A DNA stretch of 64,000 nt, taken from Carpediemonas membranifera BICM (Eukaryota > Protista > Fornicata). The DNA lies in assembly GCA_019828565.1 (NCBI GenBank), contig JAHDYR010000015.1, positions 63,223 to 127,222 on the forward strand, written 5' to 3'. Shown here piece after piece: positions 43,293 through 54,588 of this stretch (its first letter is position 1; each line of letters opens with the position of its first letter). A program made the position numbers and the translations under genes. Below the pieces are notes generated by a model that made no database searches, was not told the origin of the DNA, and worked only from the letters and a program-made list of their open reading frames with translations.

Positions 43293-44054
43293 TCACTCCA
43301 CACTGACGATTGCCCCGCCCCTGATCTCGACCGAAGAGCTCCGCAGCCCCCTGGGCCGCCCAGACTCCCGCCGCCCCTCGCTCCGGATCCGATCGGACAC
43401 ATGCCGCGACCGGACCACGGGGGTGACTATGTCTATCTGCTCCGGGGCAGGTGCGCTGGGCCCGGGTCGCGGGGACTGGCTGTGTCGAGGCGGTGTTTGC
43501 GTCCTCTGCGGAGGGCCGGTCGGTACGGGGGCCGAGGTCTGCGTGTACTCGTCCTCTGCCTCGGGGGCTACCTCGGGGGCTATAGCCATGACCCCCGTCT
43601 CCCGCACCGGTCGGGTTGGAGTCTGCTGCATGATGCTGGACATGACGGGGCGGCGGCACTGGGCCTCGAGTACGGCGATTTTGTCCGTCTGGAGTGCAAT
43701 TACGGACTCGAGCTTGGCCTTGCTGCGCTTGAGGACGTCTGTGAGTCGGGTGAGGCGCTCGACATCGACCTGGAGGACCTCGTTCTTGGCTTCGAGCTCG
43801 GCCATTCTGTCGACACGGCCACATGGCGACTGTGGAGCAGAGAACACATCCAATTCTGATGCATGGGACGTAATTGTGTCTTCAAGCGGCGTATTGGGGG
43901 TTGCTTCGTCTTCTTTGCCGTCATAGTTTGGTATTTCTTGCAGTTTCCGCAAAAGATCCGCAAGAGCGTCCGAACTGGACATTTCAGACTGTATATTAGC
44001 TGCTGGTGAGACCGGGAGCTTCTCCCGGACACCATTCCACAGTTTCCCAAACAT
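43293..44054 (-). CDS. Hypothetical protein with central coiled coil and Pro/Ser-rich tail
   Basis: ATG-initiated 253-aa ORF; RMAELEAKNEVLQVDVERLTRL heptads. Confidence 0.6.
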   Translation of the reverse strand: MFGKLWNGVREKLPVSPAANIQSEMSSSDALADLLRKLQEIPNYDGKEDEATPNTPLEDTITSHASELDVFSAPQSPCGRVDRMAELEAKNEVLQVDVERLTRLTDVLKRSKAKLESVIALQTDKIAVLEAQCRRPVMSSIMQQTPTRPVRETGVMAIAPEVAPEAEDEYTQTSAPVPTGPPQRTQTPPRHSQSPRPGPSAPAPEQIDIVTPVVRSRHVSDRIRSEGRRESGRPRGLRSSSVEIRGGAIVSVE

Positions 44055-44498
44055 CTTGCAGAAATTCTGGAAGACCGCAGTGCCACGAATCGGATCAGAT
44101 CGACAATGTATATGTGGGGTTGATAGAGCCGCTCTCAGACACATTGCATGGGTCAGGCCAGCTGTCGGGGTGGGTTGAGATAGTGAGTATGGTCAACCCT
44201 TTCCTGTCGAGTCGAGCTTGCCGTCTCGGAAGACGGATCTGAAGAAGCCCCATCCATTTATTCCTCACGCTGCCACAGTCGTCGCGAGTATGCGTCATCC
44301 ATTAGAGTGACCGTCCCTGGCATCACGGGTCACAGCTGTGGCAGCCCAAAGCACCCAGGACTCCGCCATACCAGGTGTGTCACTCAGTGGCGACGAGGAT
44401 GATCTAAACCCATGAATTCATCGCCATCTTTGCACAGGATAAAATGCACTTCGCCTCATCCACCTTTCAGGCGTAAGAGCGAGCAGTACTCCCTGACA

Positions 44499-46319
44499 AT
44501 GCTGCTCAGCTATGCTAATCTTGCACTTTTACCGGTACTTCTGGTAGCTGCGTTGTTTGTACCGCTTTATTACGGCGAACGACGCACGGTCCCGAAATAT
44601 GTCCTTGCCTACTGCGGTATAGCCCTTTTCATCTTCAGTTTCGTCCTAGTGTCAGTGCCGCTTGACCTCTCGCTGTCCTATGAGGGGAATAATCCCCAGT
44701 TCACAATCTTTTCGATCTTTTGGCGCCTCTTCTACACCCTCGTCCTCGGCTACACCTACGTGCTCGGCCCGTTCTACATCCAGTACGCCAGGTCCCTCGC
44801 CCCCACCTACTGGGAGCGAATCAAGTACTCCTTGATAGCGAACGCCATGTTCTTTGGGTCGATGGGGGCCCTGTTCGTCGTCATCCTCGTCTTCCTGCTC
44901 TACGGCGGCATCATCTCATTTGGCAACATATACAACCTCTTCATCGTCACTGCCAACACCTGGGGCCTCTTCTGTGTCGTGGTCATGCTCGGCCACGGCC
45001 TCATCGCCCTGCCCCGCGCCATTTGGTCCTGGGCGTCCTTCAGAGTCTCCCTGCAGCGGGCATACGCCGAGCTCGGCCCGGTCCACGCCGCCTTTGAGAA
45101 GGCAGAGGCCAAGCTGCGGGCCCAGATGGGCAAGGCCGAGGAGCTGCTGTCCCGGGAGTCCTCGGACACCGCCGAGGGTGCGAGGAAGAGGCTCGCCCAC
45201 ATGCTGGCCAAGGCACCCGACCTGTCGCTGCTGGAGGCTAGCAGCGGCGACTCCCGGCTGCTGAAGGAACTGGGCAGCACCGTCAACCGGGTCCGGTCCA
45301 GGGTCCTCCCCCAGCGGGCCGACGCCCTGCTCAACTCAATCCTGGCCCCGCATAACGACGAACACGGCACCCGCAAGGCCCGCAGTGGCATCACGGGTCG
45401 ACTGGTGGACGGCATCGAGGGCCTCATCCCGGGCATCGGGCGGGCTGAGGCTGTCGACGTCTCCACACCCGCCCGGCGACTCACCACCCGCTCCCGCAAG
45501 CTCAGGGCGGCCATAGAGGAGTACACGCGGTGCCGCCAGAAGAGGACCCGCCTGCTCCGCCACATCGTGTCCCTCGAGCGCCGCGTGGGGCCCGGTGCGG
45601 CGTACCGCGCCCCGCCACTACTCGGGTGGGTCCCAGTCGTCATCATGCGGCCGTGCGAGGTCGTCGTCCTGCCCTGGCTGGCCCGTGCTGTCGCTGTGGC
45701 CGCCGGGGTCCTGTCTGCGCTAGTCGTGCTGGGGGAGCTGCTTCTGGTGCTGCCCGCCCGGACCCCCTTCGTCTACGTCACCCCGTGGTACTGGTACCTG
45801 CGCGTGCTGTCCTGGAACGAGCTGCTGATGCAGGTGGGTGTGTTCCTCGCCCTGCTGTACGTCGTCACGGCCGCCTGCTACACCGTCCTGCACCTCCGGA
45901 TCTGGATGTTCATCACGATCACCCCCCACGGCACCGGGTCGGACTCCCTCATGCGCATGGCCATGTATCTGCCCCGATTCACACCCGTGCTCGCCCTCAA
46001 CTTCCTCAGAGTCAACATGGCGTCCAGGAACACGGCGTTCAGCGCAGTGCTCGACCCAGCGGGCAGCGTGCCATTCTTCAGCACGTGGTTCGCCATGCTG
46101 ACGCCGCTCCTCATCCTTGTCATCGGCGTGTCGTCCGCCTTTAAGCTCTGGTCCCGCATCCCGAAGATTCTCAAGCTAGATATCGCGATTTTCTCAGATG
46201 AGGCTGAGCGTGATGCAGCTAAGCAGGAGCGGGGGATGGTCATTGCGGAGGAGGCCGGCATCGACGTCTACCGCAGGCAGACGACTGTCGACGAGTCCGT
46301 TTTTATGGGTCTAGCTTAG
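44499..46319 (+). CDS. LMBR1-family multi-pass membrane protein (LMBRD2-like)
   Basis: VPLDL, FWRLFY, ANTWGLFCVVVMLGHGLIALPRAIW, 5+4 TM layout. Confidence 0.8.
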   Translation: MLLSYANLALLPVLLVAALFVPLYYGERRTVPKYVLAYCGIALFIFSFVLVSVPLDLSLSYEGNNPQFTIFSIFWRLFYTLVLGYTYVLGPFYIQYARSLAPTYWERIKYSLIANAMFFGSMGALFVVILVFLLYGGIISFGNIYNLFIVTANTWGLFCVVVMLGHGLIALPRAIWSWASFRVSLQRAYAELGPVHAAFEKAEAKLRAQMGKAEELLSRESSDTAEGARKRLAHMLAKAPDLSLLEASSGDSRLLKELGSTVNRVRSRVLPQRADALLNSILAPHNDEHGTRKARSGITGRLVDGIEGLIPGIGRAEAVDVSTPARRLTTRSRKLRAAIEEYTRCRQKRTRLLRHIVSLERRVGPGAAYRAPPLLGWVPVVIMRPCEVVVLPWLARAVAVAAGVLSALVVLGELLLVLPARTPFVYVTPWYWYLRVLSWNELLMQVGVFLALLYVVTAACYTVLHLRIWMFITITPHGTGSDSLMRMAMYLPRFTPVLALNFLRVNMASRNTAFSAVLDPAGSVPFFSTWFAMLTPLLILVIGVSSAFKLWSRIPKILKLDIAIFSDEAERDAAKQERGMVIAEEAGIDVYRRQTTVDESVFMGLA

Positions 46320-46381
46320 TTATATCTTAAGATACGGCACCTATTTCCGTTAAAAGTCTAGGGAATGATCAATCCGCCTGC

Positions 46382-46461
46382 TCAGGTTCAGTCGTCACCA
46401 GTCGTGGCACGGGCAGGAGTCGGTCGACCTAGCCCCAAGGCATGGGGACAGACTGCGATTC
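46382..46461 (+). repeat. ~80-bp dispersed repeat, copy A (homologous to 60264-60339)
   Basis: Shared CCAGTC(G/T)TGGCACGGGCA(G/T)GAGTCGG(T/G)CGACC(T/G)AGCCCCAAGGCATGGGGA...CTGCGATTC with one 4-nt indel. Confidence 0.9.
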
Positions 46462-46729
46462 GCGGGACGTGAGATAGATTTTGCGCGTCTAGCGAGTTTC
46501 GCACTTCTTCTCTCACGTTATTACCCAGGGCAAGAGTCACAATCATGGGGTCAAGTTTTTTTCTGAGTGCGCAGAATATTTTGGAGACGCGAAATGGGAA
46601 ACACCGTCAAAGACGCACCATAGAGACACTATTACACGGCCATTCGTGGCTGCTAACCCCTCAACTCGTCAGAGTATTTTTGCCGAATGAGGTTTGACCC
46701 TCAAAAGCGAGTTGCGTGTTTGAGAGAAT

Positions 46730-46795
46730 GTATGCCCCACAGGCCGTCTATGCGATTCTAGAGGATCCGAGGCCGTATTATAACGCTTTATACAG
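46730..46795 (+). other. Predicted 66-nt 5'-UTR intron of RPL10 ending immediately before the ATG
   Basis: GTATGC...TTTATACAG|ATG with A at -6 as in the other introns. Confidence 0.6.
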
Positions 46796-47422
46796 ATGGG
46801 CCGCCGTCCTGCTCGTTGCTACCGTTACTGCAAGAACAAGCCGTTCCCCAAGTCCCGTTTCAACCGTGGTGTCCCCGATGGCAAGCTCCGCATCTACGAT
46901 CTTGGCCGCAAGTCCGCTCACGTCGATGACTTCCCCTGCTGCGTCCACATGATCTCCCGTGAGAAGGAGCAGATCTCCTCTGAGGCTCTTGAGGCTTCCC
47001 GTATCTCCTGCAACAAGTACCTCGTTACTAACTGCGGCAAGGAGGCCTTCCACATGCGTATCCGCATCCACCCCTTCCACGTTCTCCGCATCAACAAGAT
47101 GCTTACCTGCGCTGGCGCTGATCGTCTCCAGACCGGTATGCGTCACGCCTGGGGCAAGCCCCAGGGCCTCGTTGCTCGCGTGAACATCGGCCAGCCCCTC
47201 ATGTCTGTCCGTTGCGGTGAGAAGACTGTCCCCTTCGTCCAGGAGGCTTTCCGCCGTGCCAAGTACAAGTTCCCCGGCTACCAGGAGATCGTCATCTCTG
47301 ACAAGTGGGGCTTCACCAAGTACAAGAAGGAGGAGTACACCACGCTCCGTGAGGAGGGTAAGATCATCCCCGACGGCTGCCACGCCATCGCTGTCTCTAC
47401 CCACGGCCCTCTTGGCTTCTAA
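46796..47422 (+). CDS. RPL10: 60S ribosomal protein L10 (uL16)
   Basis: [47 protein letters not shown]. Confidence 0.98.
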   Translation: MGRRPARCYRYCKNKPFPKSRFNRGVPDGKLRIYDLGRKSAHVDDFPCCVHMISREKEQISSEALEASRISCNKYLVTNCGKEAFHMRIRIHPFHVLRINKMLTCAGADRLQTGMRHAWGKPQGLVARVNIGQPLMSVRCGEKTVPFVQEAFRRAKYKFPGYQEIVISDKWGFTKYKKEEYTTLREEGKIIPDGCHAIAVSTHGPLGF

Positions 47423-47711
47423 TTCCGATCATAAATCATCTGACGGATCTGGACAGGCTCTTCTCCCAGCCGAAGCAGCACAGAGGGTGCTGGTCGCTCG
47501 GTTCGAGTACGGCAGGAAGCTGCTTGGTGCGATCGAGAGCACAGAGAAGACTAATCAATTGATTGCTGTAGGCGGCATGAGTCTGCTCATCGTGGGGTTC
47601 GTCATCGTCATGTGGCTGCTACATTGAGGGTCTGACCTGAGATCATCTCTATCTTGTCCCTTACCCTAAGGTTACCGTGTGGGCGACATCGAAGAACGCA
47701 GCACACTGTCA

Positions 47712-47762
47712 GTAAACGCACCATGTATGTCTACTATTCACCTTCAGAGCTCGGCTGGAATC
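47712..47762 (+). repeat. 51-bp dispersed repeat, copy B
   Basis: 49/51 identical to 40373-40423. Confidence 0.9.
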
Positions 47763-48067
47763 GCCTGCTCTGTCGCATTCAGACGAGGGTCGAGTTGGGT
47801 CGACCGAGCATCGGGGCGGGGCGGAGGGCGCCGGACCGCGCACCGAAATACGAAGAGTGTTTCGCTCTGTGTGTTCTCTTGCGGGTTACTACTCCTCGTT
47901 TGCTGCCCACCACCCCCGTCACAGTGGCTTTGATGCAGAAAAAGTGACAGTTTTTTTTCATGCAAACTATCATCTCGGTGGCTGTGAAACAACGGCACCG
48001 TGACCATTAATCGATATTACCTCACAGTGAAGAACTTATTTTGAACAATGAACACGATGAAACGACG

Positions 48068-50125
48068 ATGTGGGATCTCTTAGACGGAAGCCAAAGCCTG
48101 TCCGTGATTACGAATAAGCTCCTCCCCCAGATCGATAATATCCTCAATGACGACCAGAACATTCCCCAATACATTGCGCTACGCATAGAGACCCTCAACA
48201 ACCTCCCTACCCTCGCCAGGATCCTCCACGAGAATCACGGCACCGCGGGCTATCGCACTATCGTGAAACGCGTGCTCCCTGTCGCAGCCCAGCCCTTCCT
48301 GTCTGTCGACCGCAATGTTGTGAACAACGCCATCCATGCCATTGTCCGCATCTGCCCCTTCCTGGAGCACGCTGACCTGCTCCGCTACATGCTCTGCTCC
48401 GTGATCCCCAGGGCTGTGGAGGCCGGCTTGTCCACCTCATCGGACGCACCACTCGCCGGGAAGCTGAACGACCAGGCGATGCAGTCCTTGGCTGTGGCGG
48501 GGCTGTCGCTCTCGGCCTACCTCGCCCCACTTCTCTCACCCGACGAGGTCTACCGCTATTCGTTCCTGCTTATCAAGAAGGTGATCCAGGACATGCCCCA
48601 GGTCTGCTTCGACATCAAGCGGGTCGGTGTCGCGTGTCTTGCATCCGTGACCCCCTTTTTGTCACAGCATATGGTCGACACGGAGGTCATGGCCACGTTC
48701 AACACCCTCACACACGACCCGCAGTGGCTCATCCGCCGTATAGCTATCGCTGCTCTCCCCACCATCGCCCAGGCTGTCTCAGACGACGTTGTGCAGGACC
48801 TGGCGTCGTCCTTCCTCGCCCTGTGCGGCGACGACTCAGAGTGGGTCCGTAAGTCGACTCTCATAGCCACCCCGCCGTTCCTACGGGCCTTCCTGCCCGA
48901 CCAGGAGTATCACGACTCCTCGGCCGTCCTGGGGGGCACCCCGCGGCGATCCCGGGTCGGCCTGACTTCCGCTCTGACACCGCCCGACATATTCGTCGAC
49001 ATCGTCTCTGTGCTGCCGTGGGGGAAGACCCACCTCATCTACGACCAGAGCGGGGTGGTGGTCGACGTGCTCCCCCCGCCCCAGCCCGACGACGAGCTCG
49101 ACACGCTGTCCCACTCCCCGCCGCCGGACAGCGACGCCTCCCTGACAGACTATGACTCGGACACCGACTCTGAATACGACGAGACCGACCTCTACCTGCT
49201 GACACCAAGGAACAACGATGGCGAAGCGACGGACAACAACTGCTACCCCGGACACCGCGCCCCCGCGTGCACCAAGGCCGCCATGGACCCCGAGCTGACG
49301 CTGGTGTCGGGCGAGGCCGCCTGGCTCATCCTCCAGCTGTTCGGCCCAAGCGCGTGGCCCAAGCTCCAGCCAATGGTCACGGCCATCGCACACCACCCGA
49401 CCAACTGGGCCGTCCGCATTGGCGTGGCGCGGCACCTGCATGAGCTGGCGACCCTGTTGATGGACCAGACGGGCCCGGCTTACTGGTGGAACCTGTTTGA
49501 GCTGTTTATCACGGATGTGGACGAGCTGCGCCAGACTACCCTCACCCACGCCGTCGCCTTCTTCAGGGCATTCAAGCCCGGCGCCTCTGTGGCCGGCTTC
49601 CCCGTGCACACCCTGATCCCCCAGGTCCTCAGCGCCGTCATCAGCGACGGGGACGCCTGGAGGTGTCGCACCGCGGCCATCAGGATCGTCACGGATCTCT
49701 GCGGCGTCTTCCCCGACCTGACTGACAGTCTAGACATGGCCAGCACCCTCGTGGCCGCGTGTGAGGACCCCATATTCTCCGTCCGCCAGGCAGCAGCAGA
49801 AACTATCGCCCAACTCGCACCCCAGACCGGTGAGCCGCAGATTATCCTGCAGTACGACATGCTGATCCAGTCTTTACTCCGGGGTGGGGCCGCGGACTTC
49901 TACACGGGCCTCGAGGTGCTCCGGGCGATGGACTGGGACCACGAGGCGTTCTCTCGGTACGCGGAGATGGTCTATGACAGGTGTATGGACGCCGACGTCG
50001 GTATCAGGGTCAAGGTGGCCGGGTTCGTCGGCTTTGTGCTCGAGCGGGGCGGTGCTGTTGCGGACGAGGTGACGGAGGGACTCAGAGCAGAGGGCAGCGC
50101 CTCGATCAGGAGGTTCCTGGGCTAG
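48068..50125 (+). CDS. HEAT-repeat phosphatase scaffold (PP4R1/PP2A-A-like)
   Basis: HEAT signatures HDPQWLIRR, DDSEWVRK, NWAVRI, AWRCR, EDPIFSVRQAAA, with an acidic insert. Confidence 0.75.
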   Translation: MWDLLDGSQSLSVITNKLLPQIDNILNDDQNIPQYIALRIETLNNLPTLARILHENHGTAGYRTIVKRVLPVAAQPFLSVDRNVVNNAIHAIVRICPFLEHADLLRYMLCSVIPRAVEAGLSTSSDAPLAGKLNDQAMQSLAVAGLSLSAYLAPLLSPDEVYRYSFLLIKKVIQDMPQVCFDIKRVGVACLASVTPFLSQHMVDTEVMATFNTLTHDPQWLIRRIAIAALPTIAQAVSDDVVQDLASSFLALCGDDSEWVRKSTLIATPPFLRAFLPDQEYHDSSAVLGGTPRRSRVGLTSALTPPDIFVDIVSVLPWGKTHLIYDQSGVVVDVLPPPQPDDELDTLSHSPPPDSDASLTDYDSDTDSEYDETDLYLLTPRNNDGEATDNNCYPGHRAPACTKAAMDPELTLVSGEAAWLILQLFGPSAWPKLQPMVTAIAHHPTNWAVRIGVARHLHELATLLMDQTGPAYWWNLFELFITDVDELRQTTLTHAVAFFRAFKPGASVAGFPVHTLIPQVLSAVISDGDAWRCRTAAIRIVTDLCGVFPDLTDSLDMASTLVAACEDPIFSVRQAAAETIAQLAPQTGEPQIILQYDMLIQSLLRGGAADFYTGLEVLRAMDWDHEAFSRYAEMVYDRCMDADVGIRVKVAGFVGFVLERGGAVADEVTEGLRAEGSASIRRFLG

Positions 50126-50555
50126 GCGAATTTATTTATATGGATTGAGGTAAATCGATCGCGAGGACTTACGATATTTTGTTTCTTAGTTCATGGCCAC
50201 AGGCAGTGAGGACGGTGACAGGTCATGCGCGTCGACGACGTGAAGAGCTCGCTGAAGGTGGCTTTTGAGGCGCCCCACCCGAGGCCAGGTAATCATGTTG
50301 CTGAACTCAACGTCACGTGGCTCGGCCGGCTCGAGCCAAGTGTGGCAGTGAGTGAAGCAAGCGAAAGCTGATCAGTCTCGACCCACGCCTCGTCGCCGAA
50401 TATGAGCGCTACCACCATGCTCCACTGTGGCATTCCGGGGCTGTCATGCTGTCGCCACTTGTCAGCATTCGACTTGGATGACTTTGTCGAGTTATCGAGG
50501 CAAGCGATGGAGCGACGATGCCCAAGGTTCGCGGTTTCCAGCAATTCTCACATAG

Positions 50556-51889
50556 ATGATGTGTAGCAACAGCAGAAACACCACTACATCGCGATTCCCT
50601 AATATAGCACGCCTGACGCGTTTGATGCGATACTTCCATGATTACACAGCCAGTGGTACGCCGATCACCGTCCAGGACCTCGAGCAGGCCATCCAGTACC
50701 TTCTCAGCAGGAGCATAGAACCCAAAAAGTTGACGATGGAGCTCACTGAGCCCGCCGTTACACTCACGATGGTGCGTAGCAGACTCGAAGCCGACCGGAT
50801 GACCTCGAGAAGGCTAACGCCACGCGCGCTGAGATGAACGCCGTCCTGGCCCGCCGCACGCCGCAGCTCGTCCGGCTCTGCCCCGAGCTGGAGGCTCTCA
50901 CCGCACCGTCGGCCAGTCTCTTCACCGAGCTGCGTGAGATGGGGCTGGCCCACCTCATGGACCTCCCCGAGATGCGTGCCGGCCTGCCGCTATCTGACTT
51001 TACTGTCGAGTCGACCGTCAGCGAGAACAGAGCGCTGTGCCAGATTGTGACCCGCGACGGTCAGATCTACTTCGCCAAGACATTCAAGCTCGACACCGAG
51101 CACCAGCGCAAGCTCTGCGATCGTGAGGCTGGCATCCTGTCGCGCACATCGCACAGCCCCGCCGTGCCCAGGCTGCACTTCGTCCTCGTCGACAGAGCCG
51201 CACTGACCTGCACGACAGCCAGGGTGTGCAGGACGCCCTCCGCGCCGTGCTCGAGGACGACGAGACACGCCGCCGCTTTGCCTTCCACATGTTCGGCGGC
51301 CAGCTCCCCCAGCCCGGCTCCGTCGGCGTGACCCTCCACGACCACCACCGCGTGTACGCCGACTGCGAGGGCAGCGCCCACCTCCCTCGTCTGGATGACG
51401 CCGGCCAGATGCGCCAGACGGTGCTCGACTCGGCCCCAGCCGCAGCAGGCGCGGCAGCCGAGTTCTACGTCATCCCGCGGCGCCAGCAGGCATACTCACG
51501 CGCCGAGATCAGGACGCTCGTCGAGCAGAACGACATCCTGCAGACGTGCCGCCTGGTCACGCTTGGCAGAGGCGCCGCTGTGGACGTCCCTGTCATCCCC
51601 CGCTGCCCCACATGCGGACCTGGACAGCTGCAAGATGTCGTACTGTCGGTGCGGCCAGGACTTCTGACACAAGTGCCTGCTCCGCGTGGCCAACCAGGAA
51701 GAGCACATGGCCCACTTCGGCGGCGAGTGCGAGATGGCACCGCGCCAGACAGTCGACCTGCCCGATGGCGTCGCGAGGCAGCGCACCGTCACGTGCCCCC
51801 ACTGCCATCGATCAGCCACGGTCAGCGTGAACCGGAGGCAGGTCACGTGCCGCGGGTGCAGCCGGACCATTGACGCGGGAGCATTATAA
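50556..51889 (+). pseudogene. Fragmented kinase N-lobe plus IBR/RBR-type zinc-finger gene
   Basis: YFAKTF...CDREAGIL...AVPRLHFV kinase N-lobe; CPTC, CRCGQDF*HKC, CPHC...CRGC spread over several frames with a stop at 51665-51667. Confidence 0.6.
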
Positions 51890-52586
51890 AGTAGTTCATT
51901 CTTCCCGGCCACGTCCACCTCGACGAGCACCCTCCGCTCGTCAAGGCTCGACTGGCACAAAACCGGTCTGACCGATCTGGCCGATACGGTAACGCACATG
52001 GTGCTCCCGCATCGGAATGGTGTCAGGGTGGACTGTGGTCCAGAGCGTCAGATCCTCATGGATACTGACCAGATCGAACAGATCGCAGATGATCATTACG
52101 TCGGTCGTTAGACGCAGGGTCGCCATCATCGGACGTCGGGTTGCCGCCTCGTGCTCGAAGTGAGGTGACGCAGGGAGCGCTGGCAGGGTCTGGGTCGTAC
52201 CAACTGACATGCATCCATCCGGGTCTAACTATATGTCCTCACCTCAGTTATCATATGGACGTGGCCGCGTGGGTCACCCCATGGCGGACCTCAACTATGC
52301 CGCCATGTGCCATCGCTTTTCTACGGTCGCGAAAGTCTCGCGGACAGTAAATATCCTTTCCCCATTGGCTTTTTACAGCGGATGAGAGTGGGAATGAGTG
52401 GGACCAAGTTGAAAGGAAGGAAGTATGACAGCTCTTGGTGCCGATGAACCTCCGCGGCGGTTAGCAGCTTCTCAATGCACAGTTGAGGTACAGAGCATGG
52501 CACGCGCCTGGTTGCCACCATCCCGCAGTCATGGGCGGACACCATCCCATCATCAATTGATCATGACATGAAGACGGAACCGAATA

Positions 52587-53349
52587 ATGTTCCTGACGAG
52601 AAACGAACATGATAAGGGCAACACATTCTCCCCAGAGGGCAGAATATTTCAGGTAGAATACGCAATTGAGGCTGTTAAGGTCCGTTTTGCTTGTTTCTTC
52701 ATTTACTCAGCTTGGCTCCACAGTTGTGGGCATTCAGACAAAGAATGCAGTGATTATCGCATGTGAAAGGCGCAGTACCTCTCCTCTTCTCATTTCCTCA
52801 GCTGAGAAGCTCGTTGAAGTCGATGACCATGTCCTCGTGGCCATGTCCGGCCTCACCGCCGACGCACGCACTCTCATCGAGCACGCCCGTGCTGAGGCGC
52901 AGAACTTCCGATTCAACTACAACGAGCCGATCACCGTGGGGCACCTGACCCAGTCTGTCTGCGACCTCTCCCTCCGCTTCGGCCACGACGAGGAGGACAT
53001 CATGTCGAGGCCCTTTGGTGTCGCCCTCCTCATCGGCGGCATAGACCCCCGTGAGGGACCCGTCCTATACCACACGGACCCTTCGGGCACGTTTGCCAAG
53101 TGCAAGGGCAAGGCTATCGGGGCGGGCTGTGATGGCGCCCAGCAGGGTCTCAACCGGGAGTACAAGGACGACATGACTGTCGAGGAGAGCGAGAAGTGCG
53201 TCGTCGGCCTGCTGAAGCAGGTGATGGAGGAGAAGCTGACGACGGAGAATGTGCAGGTCGTCCGGCTGTCGACTGACGGCATCCAGCACTATAACAGTGA
53301 GCAGATGCAGGGCATCATCGACAGCTTGCCGGCGCCAGAGCTGGAATAA
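52587..53349 (+). CDS. PSMA5: Proteasome subunit alpha type-5; intron 52680-52710
   Basis: [31 protein letters not shown]|[18 protein letters not shown]; 31-nt GTCCGT...TTACTCAG intron. Confidence 0.96.
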
Positions 53350-53526
53350 ATTTTTATTCGGGTTCCGTAGCTGAGACAAGGCCTCAGAAGCAGATTTGTT
53401 CACGAGCTGATCTGGGTGTAAGGCCTTTGGCCGGTCATAGCCGCGGCTGTGACTTTTTTTATGCAACGACAACTTTTTTCGCCGGAAAGACGGCGGAATT
53501 TCGCGTTCAGCCCAACCAAAGTCGAT

Positions 53527-54288
53527 ATGGTTATCGTGAGCTACACAGCGAAAGATGAGTCCGAAAAAAAACTCCAGGACCTTGCCGCGTACGCGGTCTG
53601 GAACCTTATCGAGAGATACGACAGTTTCGCGTCTCTACCCGACGTCACGGCAATCCTGCCACAAGAATCCCTGGACAGGTTTACACCAGAGTGTTGTACT
53701 GTCGTTCTCCAGACTAGCGAGCTGTTCTGCCGGCTCATTTACATCTTGCAGGACTTGATGCGCCACAACTTCAAGCCCAACATCTTCTACGTCCTCACGG
53801 TGAACACAGAGATCCTCGTCTACCTCTGGCTCAAGAATGCTATTACCGCGCACGAGGCGATACCCGCCGACGTGCTGAAGGAGCATGTGGAGGGCTGCCT
53901 TTCCGAGTACGTGGCATTCGTCGAGACCTGCCTCCACCTCAACTTCCAGGTACAGACGATCACTAATGAGTCGACTAAGGCCTTCCTCAACCAGTACCTT
54001 CCCGGTTATCGCCAGACTAACATGATGAAAATCAATGAAATCCCGGACCTCCCGCCCACGCTCAAATCGGTGCTCGACAGCTTCATCACCAGGTTTCGTG
54101 ACACACTGACGGGGTTCAAGGGCATTAGGGAGTTTGTGTCGCCCGAGGATTGCCCCACGTTGCAGCAGATCGCTGAAATGTTCTTCCGACTGTCGACAAG
54201 GCTCAGGAAGTTCGCGGGGGAGCATACAAATGCTAGGAGTAGCATCATGAACATGATGGAAGGGGTTAAGAAGGAGGGTGGTGTATGA
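53527..54288 (+). CDS. Hypothetical helical protein
   Basis: Long ORF with host-like codon usage; no recognised motif. Confidence 0.65.
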   Translation: MVIVSYTAKDESEKKLQDLAAYAVWNLIERYDSFASLPDVTAILPQESLDRFTPECCTVVLQTSELFCRLIYILQDLMRHNFKPNIFYVLTVNTEILVYLWLKNAITAHEAIPADVLKEHVEGCLSEYVAFVETCLHLNFQVQTITNESTKAFLNQYLPGYRQTNMMKINEIPDLPPTLKSVLDSFITRFRDTLTGFKGIREFVSPEDCPTLQQIAEMFFRLSTRLRKFAGEHTNARSSIMNMMEGVKKEGGV

Positions 54289-54588
54289 TATCGTAAAGCA
54301 TGGTGCTCTGTTTGGGTCGGCACCTGGTTTCCTCACATCGGCGGTGACCGTCTGCTGGCAAGTGGATGCACGTCTATCGAAATCACATTCCCCTGGATAC
54401 ATGCGCGGTGTGATGTACCGCACGGAGCTATGAAGGTTGCCTCAAACTGCTCCCCCCTAACACAGATCGGAGGGAAAATCAATTTGTTCGAGTCAGTCAT
54501 GTCCAACCACTGTGCTCACGGAGTTTCAAGCGAATTACGTATCCTCATGTACTGCCGTAAATCGTTTCCAAAAATCACAGCGAAGGGG

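Noticed and set aside
46350-46461. Cobalamin-riboswitch reading of the element behind the LMBR1-family genes
   Set aside because: A GGGAA...AATCC resemblance occurs before one copy only and outside the shared segment; no B12-box is visible.
51665-51667. In-frame TGA at a Cys position of the IBR-like finger as selenocysteine
   Set aside because: The locus has several independent frameshifts and no evident SECIS; nonsense mutation in a pseudogene is simpler.
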